From Candidatus Zhuqueibacterota bacterium (GTDB lineage: Bacteria; Zhuqueibacterota; Zhuqueibacteria; Thermofontimicrobiales; Thermofontimicrobiaceae): a DNA stretch of 64,000 bases. How positions within the stretch are numbered: the first letter of the stretch is position 1; the number at the start of each line of letters is the position of its first letter. This document shows, piece after piece, positions 19,606 through 29,981 of the stretch. The translations under genes and the position numbers were made by a program. The notes beneath the pieces are model-generated. The model did not search any database and was not told the origin of the DNA. It worked only from the letters and a program-made list of their open reading frames with translations. The DNA lies in assembly GCA_034505795.1 (NCBI GenBank), contig JAPDQM010000007.1, positions 1,590-65,589 on the forward strand. Reading direction: 5' to 3'.

Positions 19606-20406
19606 TTGACGCTTAAATGGCGCCTCATGCTGAGCATTTTTTATATGCCACTGCTGGTTTTGCTTCCAGCGTTGCTTCAAGGGCAAGAAGTTAGCTATCT
19701 CAAGGTAGAAACCGATTCTACTGGAATTGTCATATTATGTGATGGCAAAATATTGGGGCCTACGCCATTGCCCGTTGTTAATTTGGTGGCTGGAGAGCAC
19801 CAGATTGTTGCCTTGAATCCAAAACGATTTTTATGGGGAAACCCAGATTGGTCCCGGCAGCTTACTTTTCCACCTGCTGAGACGTTGGTTGTGGCTCCCA
19901 GGTTCCAAAAGCAGGTGTTCATCCAAACTGAGCCTTTTGGTGCGGATGTCTATATCAACGATGAATGGCATGGAACCACGCCCTTAATTATGCTGCTCGA
20001 TGGGATTAACCGTCAGCAGCTCATGTTTAAAAAAGATGGTTATGAAACCCAACTGCTGCAATTCGATCCTGTTCAATCCAATTATGTAAAACTTCAATTG
20101 ATTAGAAAAAACGCATATTTCGAAAAAATCAATGCTAAATCATCTCAACGAACAGCTCAGCTTCGCCATAGGCGACTAACATATGGCTTATGGGGGTTGT
20201 CGATAGTGACCGGATTGGCCACGGTGTACTTTAAAGATCAGGCAGACGAAAAATACCGGAGATACCTGCAAGCTGGGTCGTTTAAAGAAATGAGCAGTTA
20301 TTTTAATGATGCCAGACGGTTCGATCGCTATTCCAATATTTCTCTTGGCGCGGTGCAAGGTTGCTTCGTGCTTTCGTTCTATTTTTTGATTAAATCGGTA
20401 GATTGA
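19606..20406 (+). CDS. PEGA-domain membrane protein
   Basis: TTG start 3 nt after the PQQ stop with GAGGAGG SD. Two PEGA-like beta-sandwich repeats (VILCDGKILGPTPL, ADVYINDEWHGTTPL). C-terminal TM helix. Confidence 0.5.
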   Translation: MTLKWRLMLSIFYMPLLVLLPALLQGQEVSYLKVETDSTGIVILCDGKILGPTPLPVVNLVAGEHQIVALNPKRFLWGNPDWSRQLTFPPAETLVVAPRFQKQVFIQTEPFGADVYINDEWHGTTPLIMLLDGINRQQLMFKKDGYETQLLQFDPVQSNYVKLQLIRKNAYFEKINAKSSQRTAQLRHRRLTYGLWGLSIVTGLATVYFKDQADEKYRRYLQAGSFKEMSSYFNDARRFDRYSNISLGAVQGCFVLSFYFLIKSVD

Positions 20407-20919
20407 AAATAATAGAATTTCGAGCATAGCCTCCATAAAATGCCGAGACACTCCCTTCGATGTTAACACCAATAATGATAAATGTCAGACTGAAGATTTA
20501 ATCTCCAATTAACAACCTCAAATATCATATTGGTTGAAACTACAAAAATAATTCATGAATTCCAAATTGTGTTTTTATTTTATCGAATCACCAAAGCTTG
20601 CTTTGCCTTTTCTTCGCCACCGGTATTTTTGCCACTTAGAGAAACAAATCCGATACCACTTCCATGCCCTTCTGGATTTGCATGCAATAAGTTATGCGAA
20701 GCAACCGACTGCAAAATTAAAAGCACCAAATTTTTTTCTTGATTTTTAGCAATGATTTTCTTAACATTGAATTTAAATTTATCTTTCATTTTAAAAATTT
20801 ATTGATTATATTTGAGTCCTTGGTTTTGAAATCTGCTATCTGAATAAATTCAAGTTATGTTTTGAATATCGTCTCGTTTTGTTTTGCTGATGGGGACGCG
20901 ATGTCTTGAAGAGGAGTTG

Positions 20920-23601
20920 ATGAGCACCATGCAAGTAAAAGAATTGGCCAAAATCTACAATCCCAAACAAGTCGAAGAAAAATGGTACCAACATTGGTTG
21001 GAACAAAATTACTTTCATGCTGAGGTAAATCCGAAAAAAAAGGCCTACTCCATCGTCATTCCGCCGCCAAATGTAACCGATGTGCTGCACATGGGACATG
21101 CCTATAATAATACGATTCAGGATATCCTGATTCGTTATCATCGCATGCTGGGGGACGAAGCCCTCTGGCTGCCGGGAACGGATCATGCCGGAATTGCGAC
21201 GCAGAATGTAGTGGAGCGGCATTTGAAGAAGACCGAAAAATTGACCCGTCACCAATTGGGGCGAGACGAATTTGTTCGCCGCGTATGGCAATGGAAAGAA
21301 AAATATGGTAGCGTGATTATCGAACAATTGAAAAAGCTGGGTTGCTCCTGCGATTGGGAACGCGAGCGCTTCACAATGGATCCCGGCTTATCAAAAACCG
21401 TGATTGAGGTCTTCTGTCGGCTGTACGAGAAGGGACTGATTTATCGCGGACGTTATATCATCAATTGGTGTCCCCGCTGTAGCACAGCGCTCTCGGACGA
21501 GGAGGCTATTCATCGTGATGAGCAAGGTAAATTGTGGTACATCCGATACCCGTTGAAAGATAGCGATCAATTTATTACAGTGGCGACTACTCGGCCTGAA
21601 ACCATGCTGGGCGATGTGGCAGTTGCGGTGAATCCCAATGATCCTCGTTTCAAACACCTGATCGGTAAGATGGCGGTTCTGCCGGTGCTCCAGCGAGAAA
21701 TTCCGATTATTGCCGACGAGATCGTAGACGCCAATTTTGGCACCGGTGCCGTGAAAGTCACGCCAGCTCACGATCCCAATGATTTTGAAATTGGCCTGCG
21801 CCATCAATTGCGACCGATCAATGTCATGAACGAAGATGGCACGATGAATGAAGAGGCTGGCAAATACAATGGCTACGAACGCTTTGCGTGTCGGACGGAG
21901 TTGGTCAAGGAGCTGGAAGCCGCAGGATTGCTGGAGAAAATTGAAAATCACCAGCACGCGGTCGCCCATTGCCAGCGCTGCGATACCGTTATTGAGCCCT
22001 ATTTGTCGGCACAATGGTTCGTAAAAATCAAACCGCTGGCCGAACCCGCGCTGCAAGCGGTGCTCGATGGCCGCATCAAATTTCATCCCGAAAAATGGGT
22101 CAAAGTCTATGCCAATTGGATTGAGAATATTCGGGATTGGTGTATTTCACGGCAGTTATGGTGGGGGCATCGCATTCCGGTCTATTATTGTCAGGATTGT
22201 CAGGAGATGATGGTTCGGCGAGAAGTACCGGCAACGTGCCATAAATGCGGCGGCACGAGCATCGTGCAGGATGAAGATGTGCTGGATACCTGGTTTTCAT
22301 CCTGGCTGTGGCCGTTTTCAACCATGAATTGGCCTGAAGATGCGCCCGAACTGAAATATTTTTATCCCACCAATGCCCTGGTGACGGCGCCAGATATTAT
22401 TTTTTTCTGGGTGGCGCGGATGATCATGGCCGGGCTGGAATTTATGGGCGATGTCCCCTTTCGGGATGTGTATTTCAATGGCTTGATTCGGGATGCGCAG
22501 GGCCGAAAAATGAGCAAGACCCTGGGGAACGGCATTGATCCATTAGCGATGGTGGAAAAGTACAGCGCCGATGCAGTGCGATTTTCGCTGCTAATGCTAA
22601 CCTCTGAGGGCCAGGATATCAATCTGGCAGAGTCCAACTTCGAGATTGGCCGAAATTTTTCCAATAAATTGTGGAATGCATTCCGATTTCTGGCTTTGAG
22701 TTTCTCGCCAGAGGAGATTCCGCATTTGTTGCAGGATCAGGATTATCTGCGCCATCCGGAGCGACTGCAATTAGCTGACCGCTGGATTTTGAGTCGGCTG
22801 CACCAAACCATTGCCAAAGTGACCGTCGCGCTGGATGAATTCCATTTTAACGAAGCTGTGGATAATCTGTACTCGTTCTTCTGGCGGGAGTATTGCGATT
22901 GGTATCTCGAGTTCATCAAGCCTCGGCTGTATGGCGATGATGCCTTAGCCAGGGATTTTGCGCTTTCCATTGGCATTTATGTGTTGCGCCACCTGATGAA
23001 GCTGCTGCATCCGTTTATTCCCTTTATTACTGAGGAAATCTGGCAGAGCGTAAAATTACCGCAGGAAACAGATTTAATTGTCTCGGATTGGCCAAAAGCT
23101 GATAAAATCTATTTCAATGATGCTGCAGAACAGGATTTAATGCTGATTCAGCAGGTCATCGGCGCTATCCGCAACATCCGAGGAGAAATGAATGTGCCGC
23201 CTCAAAAACAAGCCAACGTGCGCATTCGTAGCAGCAACGAACGACAACTGCAACTCATTCGATCCAACGAAGTTTATATCACTACGCTGGCCAGACTGGC
23301 CGGTCTGGAGGTTGGGAGAGATTTATCAAGGCCCAAATTTGCCGCTAGCGCGGTCGTGGCTGATATCGAAATCTTCATGCCCCTGGAAGGGCTCATCGAT
23401 TTTGAAGTGGAGAAGAAACGATTATCAAAAGAAATCGCACGGCTGGAGCAACAAATTCAAGCAACTCAAAAAAAATTGATCAACCCGGATTTCATTGCCA
23501 GGGCGCCAAGCGAAGTCATCGATCGGGAAAAACAAAAGGTCAATGATTTTCAAGCCAGCCTGGCAAAACTGCAGACGAATCTGCAGAGCATCGAAAGCTG
23601 A
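20920..23601 (+). CDS. valS: valine--tRNA ligase
   Basis: HIGH-type motif PPPNVTDVLHMGHAYN, KMSKTLGN (KMSKS), editing and C-terminal coiled-coil regions typical of ValRS. Start moved to the MSTMQVKEL ATG. Confidence 0.9.
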   Translation: MSTMQVKELAKIYNPKQVEEKWYQHWLEQNYFHAEVNPKKKAYSIVIPPPNVTDVLHMGHAYNNTIQDILIRYHRMLGDEALWLPGTDHAGIATQNVVERHLKKTEKLTRHQLGRDEFVRRVWQWKEKYGSVIIEQLKKLGCSCDWERERFTMDPGLSKTVIEVFCRLYEKGLIYRGRYIINWCPRCSTALSDEEAIHRDEQGKLWYIRYPLKDSDQFITVATTRPETMLGDVAVAVNPNDPRFKHLIGKMAVLPVLQREIPIIADEIVDANFGTGAVKVTPAHDPNDFEIGLRHQLRPINVMNEDGTMNEEAGKYNGYERFACRTELVKELEAAGLLEKIENHQHAVAHCQRCDTVIEPYLSAQWFVKIKPLAEPALQAVLDGRIKFHPEKWVKVYANWIENIRDWCISRQLWWGHRIPVYYCQDCQEMMVRREVPATCHKCGGTSIVQDEDVLDTWFSSWLWPFSTMNWPEDAPELKYFYPTNALVTAPDIIFFWVARMIMAGLEFMGDVPFRDVYFNGLIRDAQGRKMSKTLGNGIDPLAMVEKYSADAVRFSLLMLTSEGQDINLAESNFEIGRNFSNKLWNAFRFLALSFSPEEIPHLLQDQDYLRHPERLQLADRWILSRLHQTIAKVTVALDEFHFNEAVDNLYSFFWREYCDWYLEFIKPRLYGDDALARDFALSIGIYVLRHLMKLLHPFIPFITEEIWQSVKLPQETDLIVSDWPKADKIYFNDAAEQDLMLIQQVIGAIRNIRGEMNVPPQKQANVRIRSSNERQLQLIRSNEVYITTLARLAGLEVGRDLSRPKFAASAVVADIEIFMPLEGLIDFEVEKKRLSKEIARLEQQIQATQKKLINPDFIARAPSEVIDREKQKVNDFQASLAKLQTNLQSIES

Positions 23602-23671
23602 CGATGTCAAATTTGGTCCCAGCTAAAATCACGGGATAATTTGCATCCAGCGTAACATGGAGGAATTGACT

Positions 23672-25039
23672 ATGGAAAAATACATCATTTTCATGTTTGT
23701 CATATTTCTGGCGACGACATTGTCCCTCGCTCAGGAACGCGAATTGGCTGTCACTGTTTATAACAACGATCTGGCAGTGATCAAGGACATGCGATCGCTG
23801 GAACTGGCAAAGGGCGTTTCGGAGCTGAAGTATCAGGACGTGGCCGCGGCCATTGACCCCACGTCTGTGCATTTCCGATCGCTCACCGCGCCAGATAAGG
23901 TAGGGATTCTGGAACAGAATTATGAGTACGATCTGATCAACGCCGATAAAATTGCCCAAAAATATGTCGATAAAAATATCACAGTCCAGTTGAAGGATAA
24001 AAAAGTCTTCAAAGGCATGTTGCTGAGCTTCGATGGCGCTAGTCTCATTTTAAAAACCGATTCGGATACGGTGAAACTGATCAGCCGGGAAAATATCGCC
24101 AATATTGATTTTCCCAAATTGCCCGAGGGGCTGATTACCCGGCCCACGTTGGTCTGGAAAATTCAAAATGACCAGCCGGGCAAGCATAAAACTGAAGTCA
24201 GCTATTTGACCTCAGCGATGAATTGGCATGCAGAATATGTCGCCGTATCCAAGGATGATGACCAGCGATTGGAACTCAGCGCCTGGGTTTCGATTGATAA
24301 CCGTTCTGGCGCAACTTATCCAAATGCAAAATTAAAACTAATCGCTGGAGAAGTCCATCGCGTTACACCTGCAGTGCCGATGCGGGCGATGGGCAAAGCC
24401 TATGCGCTAGAAGCGATGGATATGTCTGTGCCCCAATTTGAAGAGAAGCCATTCTTCGAATATCATCTTTATACCCTGAGCCGCCCCGCGACCATCAGCA
24501 ATAATCAGATTAAGCAGATTTCGCTCTTCCCTACTGCATCTACCAACGTAAAAAAAATCTACTCGTATGAATTTCAGCGGGCGGCTGAGGATGTGCGGGT
24601 GAATCTGGAATTTGTGAACAGCAAGGAAAGCGGTTTGGGCATGCCCCTGCCAGCAGGAAAGGTTCGAGTGTATAAACAGGACCAGGCCGATGGCTCGTTG
24701 GAATATGTGGGGGAGGACATGGTCGAGCATACACCCAAGGATGAAAAAGTCCGATTATATCTCGGCAATGCCTTCGACATCAAGCCAGAGCGGGCCATGA
24801 CCAATAAAGTATCGACCGGAAAGAATTCTTATGAAGAAACCTACCAGATCAAAATTCGAAATCACAAAGATAGCCCGGTCGAAATTCTGGTGGTAGAAAA
24901 ATTCTATGGCTTCTGGGAGATCAAGCGCTCCAGTCATACGTACAAAAAGAAAGATGCCTATACGGCTGAATTCACGGTAGCCGTCCCAAAAGATCAGGAG
25001 GCGGTGTTAGAATTTACCGTGGCGTATAGGACGCGCTAA
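23672..25039 (+). CDS. DUF4139-like (mucoidy-inhibitor MuiA-like) secreted protein
   Basis: Signal peptide MEKYIIFMFVIFLATTLSLAQ with GGAGGA SD. N-terminal TVYNNDLAVIKDMRSLELAKG pattern recalls DUF4139/4140. The family call is from memory. Confidence 0.45.
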   Translation: MEKYIIFMFVIFLATTLSLAQERELAVTVYNNDLAVIKDMRSLELAKGVSELKYQDVAAAIDPTSVHFRSLTAPDKVGILEQNYEYDLINADKIAQKYVDKNITVQLKDKKVFKGMLLSFDGASLILKTDSDTVKLISRENIANIDFPKLPEGLITRPTLVWKIQNDQPGKHKTEVSYLTSAMNWHAEYVAVSKDDDQRLELSAWVSIDNRSGATYPNAKLKLIAGEVHRVTPAVPMRAMGKAYALEAMDMSVPQFEEKPFFEYHLYTLSRPATISNNQIKQISLFPTASTNVKKIYSYEFQRAAEDVRVNLEFVNSKESGLGMPLPAGKVRVYKQDQADGSLEYVGEDMVEHTPKDEKVRLYLGNAFDIKPERAMTNKVSTGKNSYEETYQIKIRNHKDSPVEILVVEKFYGFWEIKRSSHTYKKKDAYTAEFTVAVPKDQEAVLEFTVAYRTR

Positions 25040-25059
25040 ATTTTTGCTGGCATCCCCAA

Positions 25060-27186
25060 ATGGGATCAGATAAATTGAACGAAGCACCTCGTACATTTTT
25101 AGCCACGGCGGTCCAATTTCTCAAGGGGATCGGTGAAAAACGCGCCGAGGCCTTAAAAAGTGTTGGGATTGCCACCATTGCGGATCTGTTCGAATACTAC
25201 CCTCGGCGTTACCTGGATCGCAGCCACATCACTCCTATACGAAAGCTGCGTCCCAATGAGACGGCGACGGTGGTGGGTAAAGTGGTCAATTCGGGCATTA
25301 AGAAGGGTGCGCGTGCGCGATTTATTCTGCTGCTTACCGACAACACGGGATTTTTATCCTGTGTTTGGTTTGCCCAACTTCCTTACTGGCAAAAGAAGTT
25401 CAAGCCCGGCCAAACATTGGCGGTAAGCGGCAAAGTGGGTTATTTCGGTGGACTTCAGATGGTTCATCCGGAATTTGATCTCTTGTCCGATACGGCAGAG
25501 GACCACGAGGATGAATTTTTGCACACTGGCAAAATCATTCCCCTTTATCCATCCTCGGAGTCGCTTGCTCGTGTCGGACTGGATAGCCGGGGATTTCGGA
25601 GAATCATCCATCATCTGGTGCGCAGCTATGCGGATCAGATCGATGATGCTATGCCGACTGCAATTGTGGAGCGACACCATTTGATTTCGCTTCGGGATGC
25701 ATATAAAAATATTCACTTCCCGGACAATTTCGAACGATTGCAACAAGCTCGCCGACGACTGAAATTCGATGAGCTTTTTTTTATGCAACTGCTGTTGGCA
25801 TTTCGAAAGCAACGTGTCATGCAACAGCAGAAAATGATGGCAGTGCCCACGGTCGGCGAGGGCGTCAAAGAATTGATCAATAAGTTGCCATTCAAATTGA
25901 CCGATGCGCAGCGAAAGGTACTTCGTGAAATCTATGCCGATTTGAAAAAGCCCTATCCCATGTATCGCTTGCTCCAGGGCGATGTGGGGTCGGGTAAAAC
26001 CATTGTCGCTTTGGTGACGATGTTGATGGCAATTGAGAATGGCTATCAGACCGCACTGATGGCGCCAACAGAAATCTTAGCTGAGCAGCATTATTTGACT
26101 TTTCGTCATTTACTGGAGGGCATGGCCATTGATGTCCGTTTGCTGATTGGGGGCCAACCAAAGAGCGAACGGACCGCTATTATGCAGGCCATTGAAAGCG
26201 GCGACTGTGATATTGTGGTGGGAACCCATGCGATCATTCAAGAAGGGGTTCATTTTCATCGATTGGGTTTGGTAGTCATTGATGAACAACATCGTTTTGG
26301 CGTCGAGCAACGCGCATTGCTAACCGAAAAAGGAATGAATCCTGAAGTGTTGGTCATGACCGCAACCCCAATTCCGCGCACGCTATCGCTCACTTTATAT
26401 GGCGACCTGGATGTTTCGATAATCGATGAGCTGCCTGCGGGCCGGGTGCCAGTGAAAACCTACTGGCGGTATGAAGACAAGCGCAATGAAATTTACGGAT
26501 TTGTGAAATCCAAGATCGATCAAGGTCAGCAGGCCTATATTGTTTTTCCATTAATTGAAGAATCAGAGAAATTGGATTTGAAAGCCGCCATCGATAGCTA
26601 CGAGCAAATGTCTCGGGGCATTTTTTCAGGCTATCGGCTGGCCTTGTTGCATGGTCGGATGAAAAGTGCGGAAAAAGATGCGATCATGACCGCTTTTAAA
26701 AACGGCGACATTCAGATTCTGGTGTCGACCACGGTCATCGAAGTTGGTGTTGATGTTCCCACGGCCACGGTCATGGTTATCGAAAATGCCGAACGCTTCG
26801 GGCTCACGCAGCTCCATCAATTGCGGGGCCGCGTAGGACGCGGGGCTGAGCAATCGTATTGCATACTGATTGCCCGTCAGGGCCTGACTGAGGATGCACT
26901 CACCCGGCTGCGAACGATGACCGAGACAAATGATGGTTTCAAAATTGCCGAAGTGGATCTGCAATTGCGAGGGCCTGGTGAACTATTTGGTACCCGGCAG
27001 CATGGAATGCCGGACCTAAAAATTGCTGATCCCCTAACGGATACTGAACTGCTGCTTAGCGCTCGCACTGAAGCGTTTGAGCTGGTCAATAATTCTGAGG
27101 CGTTTTACGCCTTAGCCCTAAACCTGCAACACAATGCGCTGGTTCGACGCTATTATGATAAACTCGAACTATCGGGGATTGGCTAA
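25060..27186 (+). CDS. recG: ATP-dependent DNA helicase RecG
   Basis: N-terminal wedge/HhH region (LKGIGEKRAEALKSVGIATIADLFEYYPRRY), Walker A GDVGSGKT, DEQH box (VIDEQHRFGV), helicase C motifs. Confidence 0.9.
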   Translation: MGSDKLNEAPRTFLATAVQFLKGIGEKRAEALKSVGIATIADLFEYYPRRYLDRSHITPIRKLRPNETATVVGKVVNSGIKKGARARFILLLTDNTGFLSCVWFAQLPYWQKKFKPGQTLAVSGKVGYFGGLQMVHPEFDLLSDTAEDHEDEFLHTGKIIPLYPSSESLARVGLDSRGFRRIIHHLVRSYADQIDDAMPTAIVERHHLISLRDAYKNIHFPDNFERLQQARRRLKFDELFFMQLLLAFRKQRVMQQQKMMAVPTVGEGVKELINKLPFKLTDAQRKVLREIYADLKKPYPMYRLLQGDVGSGKTIVALVTMLMAIENGYQTALMAPTEILAEQHYLTFRHLLEGMAIDVRLLIGGQPKSERTAIMQAIESGDCDIVVGTHAIIQEGVHFHRLGLVVIDEQHRFGVEQRALLTEKGMNPEVLVMTATPIPRTLSLTLYGDLDVSIIDELPAGRVPVKTYWRYEDKRNEIYGFVKSKIDQGQQAYIVFPLIEESEKLDLKAAIDSYEQMSRGIFSGYRLALLHGRMKSAEKDAIMTAFKNGDIQILVSTTVIEVGVDVPTATVMVIENAERFGLTQLHQLRGRVGRGAEQSYCILIARQGLTEDALTRLRTMTETNDGFKIAEVDLQLRGPGELFGTRQHGMPDLKIADPLTDTELLLSARTEAFELVNNSEAFYALALNLQHNALVRRYYDKLELSGIG

Positions 27187-27286
27187 CGCGACCTCCAATT
27201 TCATGCATCCAACTTAACGGCCGGAAATGATATTAATCTGACGTCGGCAAAGTATTGTATAATTCTTTGAATCTTGAGGGAGAAGA

Positions 27287-27589
27287 ATGATGGCCGATAA
27301 ATTAACTGAGAAGGAACAGGGCAAATTTTTATTTTCTTATCTGGTCATGACCTATCAAACAGCCGCCTTGATCAATTTGGGACATCTAAAAGATCCAGTC
27401 ACTGAAAAAGTGACCAGAGATCTGGAGAAGGCGAGATTGTCCATTGATATCCTGGGAATGCTGCAGGCAAAAACCGCAGGCAATCTTGCAGCCGATGAAG
27501 CTGAGTTGCTGAACAATGTGCTGCGAGATCTGCGACTGCTGTTTGTGAAAGAGTCAGAGAAAAAGAATCAAGCTGGAACGAAGAGCTAA
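27287..27589 (+). CDS. DUF1844-like small protein
   Basis: 100 aa. The pattern FLFSYLVMTYQTAALINLG...ARLSIDILGMLQAKTAGNL matches my recollection of the DUF1844 family. GAGGGAGAAG SD. Confidence 0.45.
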   Translation: MMADKLTEKEQGKFLFSYLVMTYQTAALINLGHLKDPVTEKVTRDLEKARLSIDILGMLQAKTAGNLAADEAELLNNVLRDLRLLFVKESEKKNQAGTKS

Positions 27590-28067
27590 CGAGCAGGGCC
27601 AAGCGTTACGTCGGATTGAATGATAGCGCATCAACTGCGATTTGTTCAAAAATAGTTGTTGGTCATTCAAGACCATCTATTCGCCAACTGGGTAATGAAG
27701 CTGACAAATTACAGGCATCGCCAGTTGCAGAATATGGGGTAATTTGATGTGACCTTGCTTAAGGCTATTTTAATCATAGGTGGCTACCCCTTTAATTAGC
27801 GATTTGGTTTCGCGGCTTAGCCAAATTTTAGCTTGCTTTAATATAAAATTTTGCTTACGTTTTAATTTGCATTAAGGTGGTCGGGGCTTAAATAAAATAG
27901 CACATCGCAGCACCCTGATTAGCGTGCATATTTAAGGATTTTCAGATTTGTTGGCCGATCGTTTTTAACGATGCAAAGGCTACGGCTGGTTTAAATACGA
28001 ATCATTGCATTCTTCGCTGGTGGACAAGCTGGCGATGCAGAAACCTGTTCATTCTTGCAGTTTTTTT

Positions 28068-28853
28068 ATGGGAACAACACATTCAACACGTGAGCATTGG
28101 GAAAAATTCTGGCAAGGACGCACCGATATCGATGCGGTTTATTCCACGGGTGACCGAATTTTTGACAATTTGCGCCAGCTAACACCACTTGCCAGGCGCA
28201 AGGTATTGGAAGTGGGAGCTGGCAGCGGTCGGGACAGCTTTCGGTTCGCGGCCGCAGGCGCTACAGTTTATGTTCTGGACTACGCTACCCGCTCGCTGGC
28301 GATTGTGCAGCATCTGAATCGAAGCAGCCCTGCTGTGGTCCATGCCATTCAAGCAGATGCGTTACACATTCCGATGCCGGATAATTCGTTGGACATCATC
28401 TTTCATCAGGGGTTGCTGGAGCATTTCAGAGACCCGTTGCCGCTGTTGCAGGAACAGTATCGTGTGCTGAAGCCCGGCGGCTGGCTGCTGGTGGATGTGC
28501 CGCAGCGGTATCATTACTATACGCTGATGAAACATGCGTTGATTTTTTTCAATAGGTGGTTCGCAGGCTGGGAAACAGAATTTTCAATTCATGAGTTAAA
28601 AAAATTACTCGAGCGAGCTGGATTTGTGGCGCGGCATCAATATGGCAGTTGGATGCGCCCCAGTTTGGCCTATCGCGTCATTCGGGAGGCGGCCAAAAAG
28701 ATTCGCATCAAGTTGCCGCTTTATCCGCGTGGTTTTGAACCGGTAGCGCAGCTACGTGATCGGATGCGGACAAAGCTGGCGCAACAACCATGGGCATTTT
28801 ACACCTTTCTCGATATTGGAGTCGTTGGACAAAAGCAGATGATTGAAAAATAG
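28068..28853 (+). CDS. class I SAM-dependent methyltransferase
   Basis: Motif I VLEVGAGSGRD, motif post-I VYVLDYA, LKPGGWLL. Start moved to ATG 28068 (MGTTHSTREHWEKFW) from the longer 28005 ORF. Confidence 0.7.
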   Translation: MGTTHSTREHWEKFWQGRTDIDAVYSTGDRIFDNLRQLTPLARRKVLEVGAGSGRDSFRFAAAGATVYVLDYATRSLAIVQHLNRSSPAVVHAIQADALHIPMPDNSLDIIFHQGLLEHFRDPLPLLQEQYRVLKPGGWLLVDVPQRYHYYTLMKHALIFFNRWFAGWETEFSIHELKKLLERAGFVARHQYGSWMRPSLAYRVIREAAKKIRIKLPLYPRGFEPVAQLRDRMRTKLAQQPWAFYTFLDIGVVGQKQMIEK

Positions 28854-28859
28854 GCGATC

Positions 28860-29975
28860 ATGGGATATAGGATACTGGTAATCAACTGGCAGGATATTCG
28901 GAATCCCCTGGGAGGTGGCGCCGAAGTTCATTGTCATGAAATTTTCAAACGCATTGCCCAACAGGGTCATGACGTAACGCTGCTGTGCAGCCGCCATCGC
29001 GACTTACCTTCTGACGAAGTTATCGATGGCATCCGTGTGATTCGCCGTGGGCATCGTTATCTGTTCAATTTTTGGGTACCATGGCTTTATCGTCAATGTG
29101 CCCGGCAGCAGCAGTTTGACGTGGTGATCGATGATATCAATAAAATCCCGTTTTTTACCCCTCTTTATGTAAGGGAGCCGCTCATAGGAATCATTCACCA
29201 TTTGTTCGGATCCAGTATTTTTCTGGAATCCACACTGCCGGTGGCGCTATATGTCACGGCGGCTGAGAGCTTGGTGCCGAGCGTTTATCGAAATATCCCT
29301 TTGGCCGTCGTCTCGAATAGTACGAAGCAAGAGCTGATGAGGAAAGGATTTCGTAACGAACAAATATCTCTGGTTCAGAATGCGGTCGAAGCGATCGCTT
29401 ATCCTCATCAACCCGAAAAGCGCTCGCCGACACCAGTTATTGGCTATTTGGGAAGAATCAAAAAATACAAAAGTGTCCATCACCTTCTTCAAGCCTTCGC
29501 CGAGGTCTTGCTGCAGTTGCCCTCGGCAGAACTGCTGGTGGTTGGCGATGGTGATTATTTGCCGCAATTGAAACGGATCGCCAGGCGGCTCGGTATCGAT
29601 GGCAAGGTGCAATTCACCGGTGCCACGACGCAATCCACAAAAATCGATCTACTCAACCGGATGTGGCTGGCAATCAATCCCTCTCCCAAAGAGGGCTGGG
29701 GGTTGACCGTGATCGAAGCCAATAGCTGTGGCGTGCCCGTGATCGCCGCTGATTCCCCTGGTTTACGAGATTCTGTTGTAAACGGCAAAACCGGTTTTCT
29801 ATATCCCTATGGCGATTACCATCGCCTGGCGCAACTGATTATTCAGCTTATTCGAGACGATCGGCTGCGGAATAGCCTGGTTACGCCCTGTCGGGAATGG
29901 GCTCGACAATTTAATTGGGAAGAATCGGCCAGAAAAATGCTGGCACTCATTGAATACGTTTTGTCTCGGAGGTAA
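28860..29975 (+). CDS. GT4-family (GT-B, retaining) glycosyltransferase
   Basis: C-terminal EX7E-type region KEGWGLTVIEANSCGVPVIAADSPGLRDSVVNGKTGFLY. 7-nt gap to the upstream MTase. Confidence 0.8.
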   Translation: MGYRILVINWQDIRNPLGGGAEVHCHEIFKRIAQQGHDVTLLCSRHRDLPSDEVIDGIRVIRRGHRYLFNFWVPWLYRQCARQQQFDVVIDDINKIPFFTPLYVREPLIGIIHHLFGSSIFLESTLPVALYVTAAESLVPSVYRNIPLAVVSNSTKQELMRKGFRNEQISLVQNAVEAIAYPHQPEKRSPTPVIGYLGRIKKYKSVHHLLQAFAEVLLQLPSAELLVVGDGDYLPQLKRIARRLGIDGKVQFTGATTQSTKIDLLNRMWLAINPSPKEGWGLTVIEANSCGVPVIAADSPGLRDSVVNGKTGFLYPYGDYHRLAQLIIQLIRDDRLRNSLVTPCREWARQFNWEESARKMLALIEYVLSRR

Positions 29976-29981
29976 AAGTCA

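Noticed and set aside
21391-22086. 231-aa minus-strand ORF (and 20836..21327, 22362..22664 etc.)
   Set aside because: These lie entirely antisense within valS, which has unambiguous synthetase motifs on the plus strand. They are shadow ORFs.
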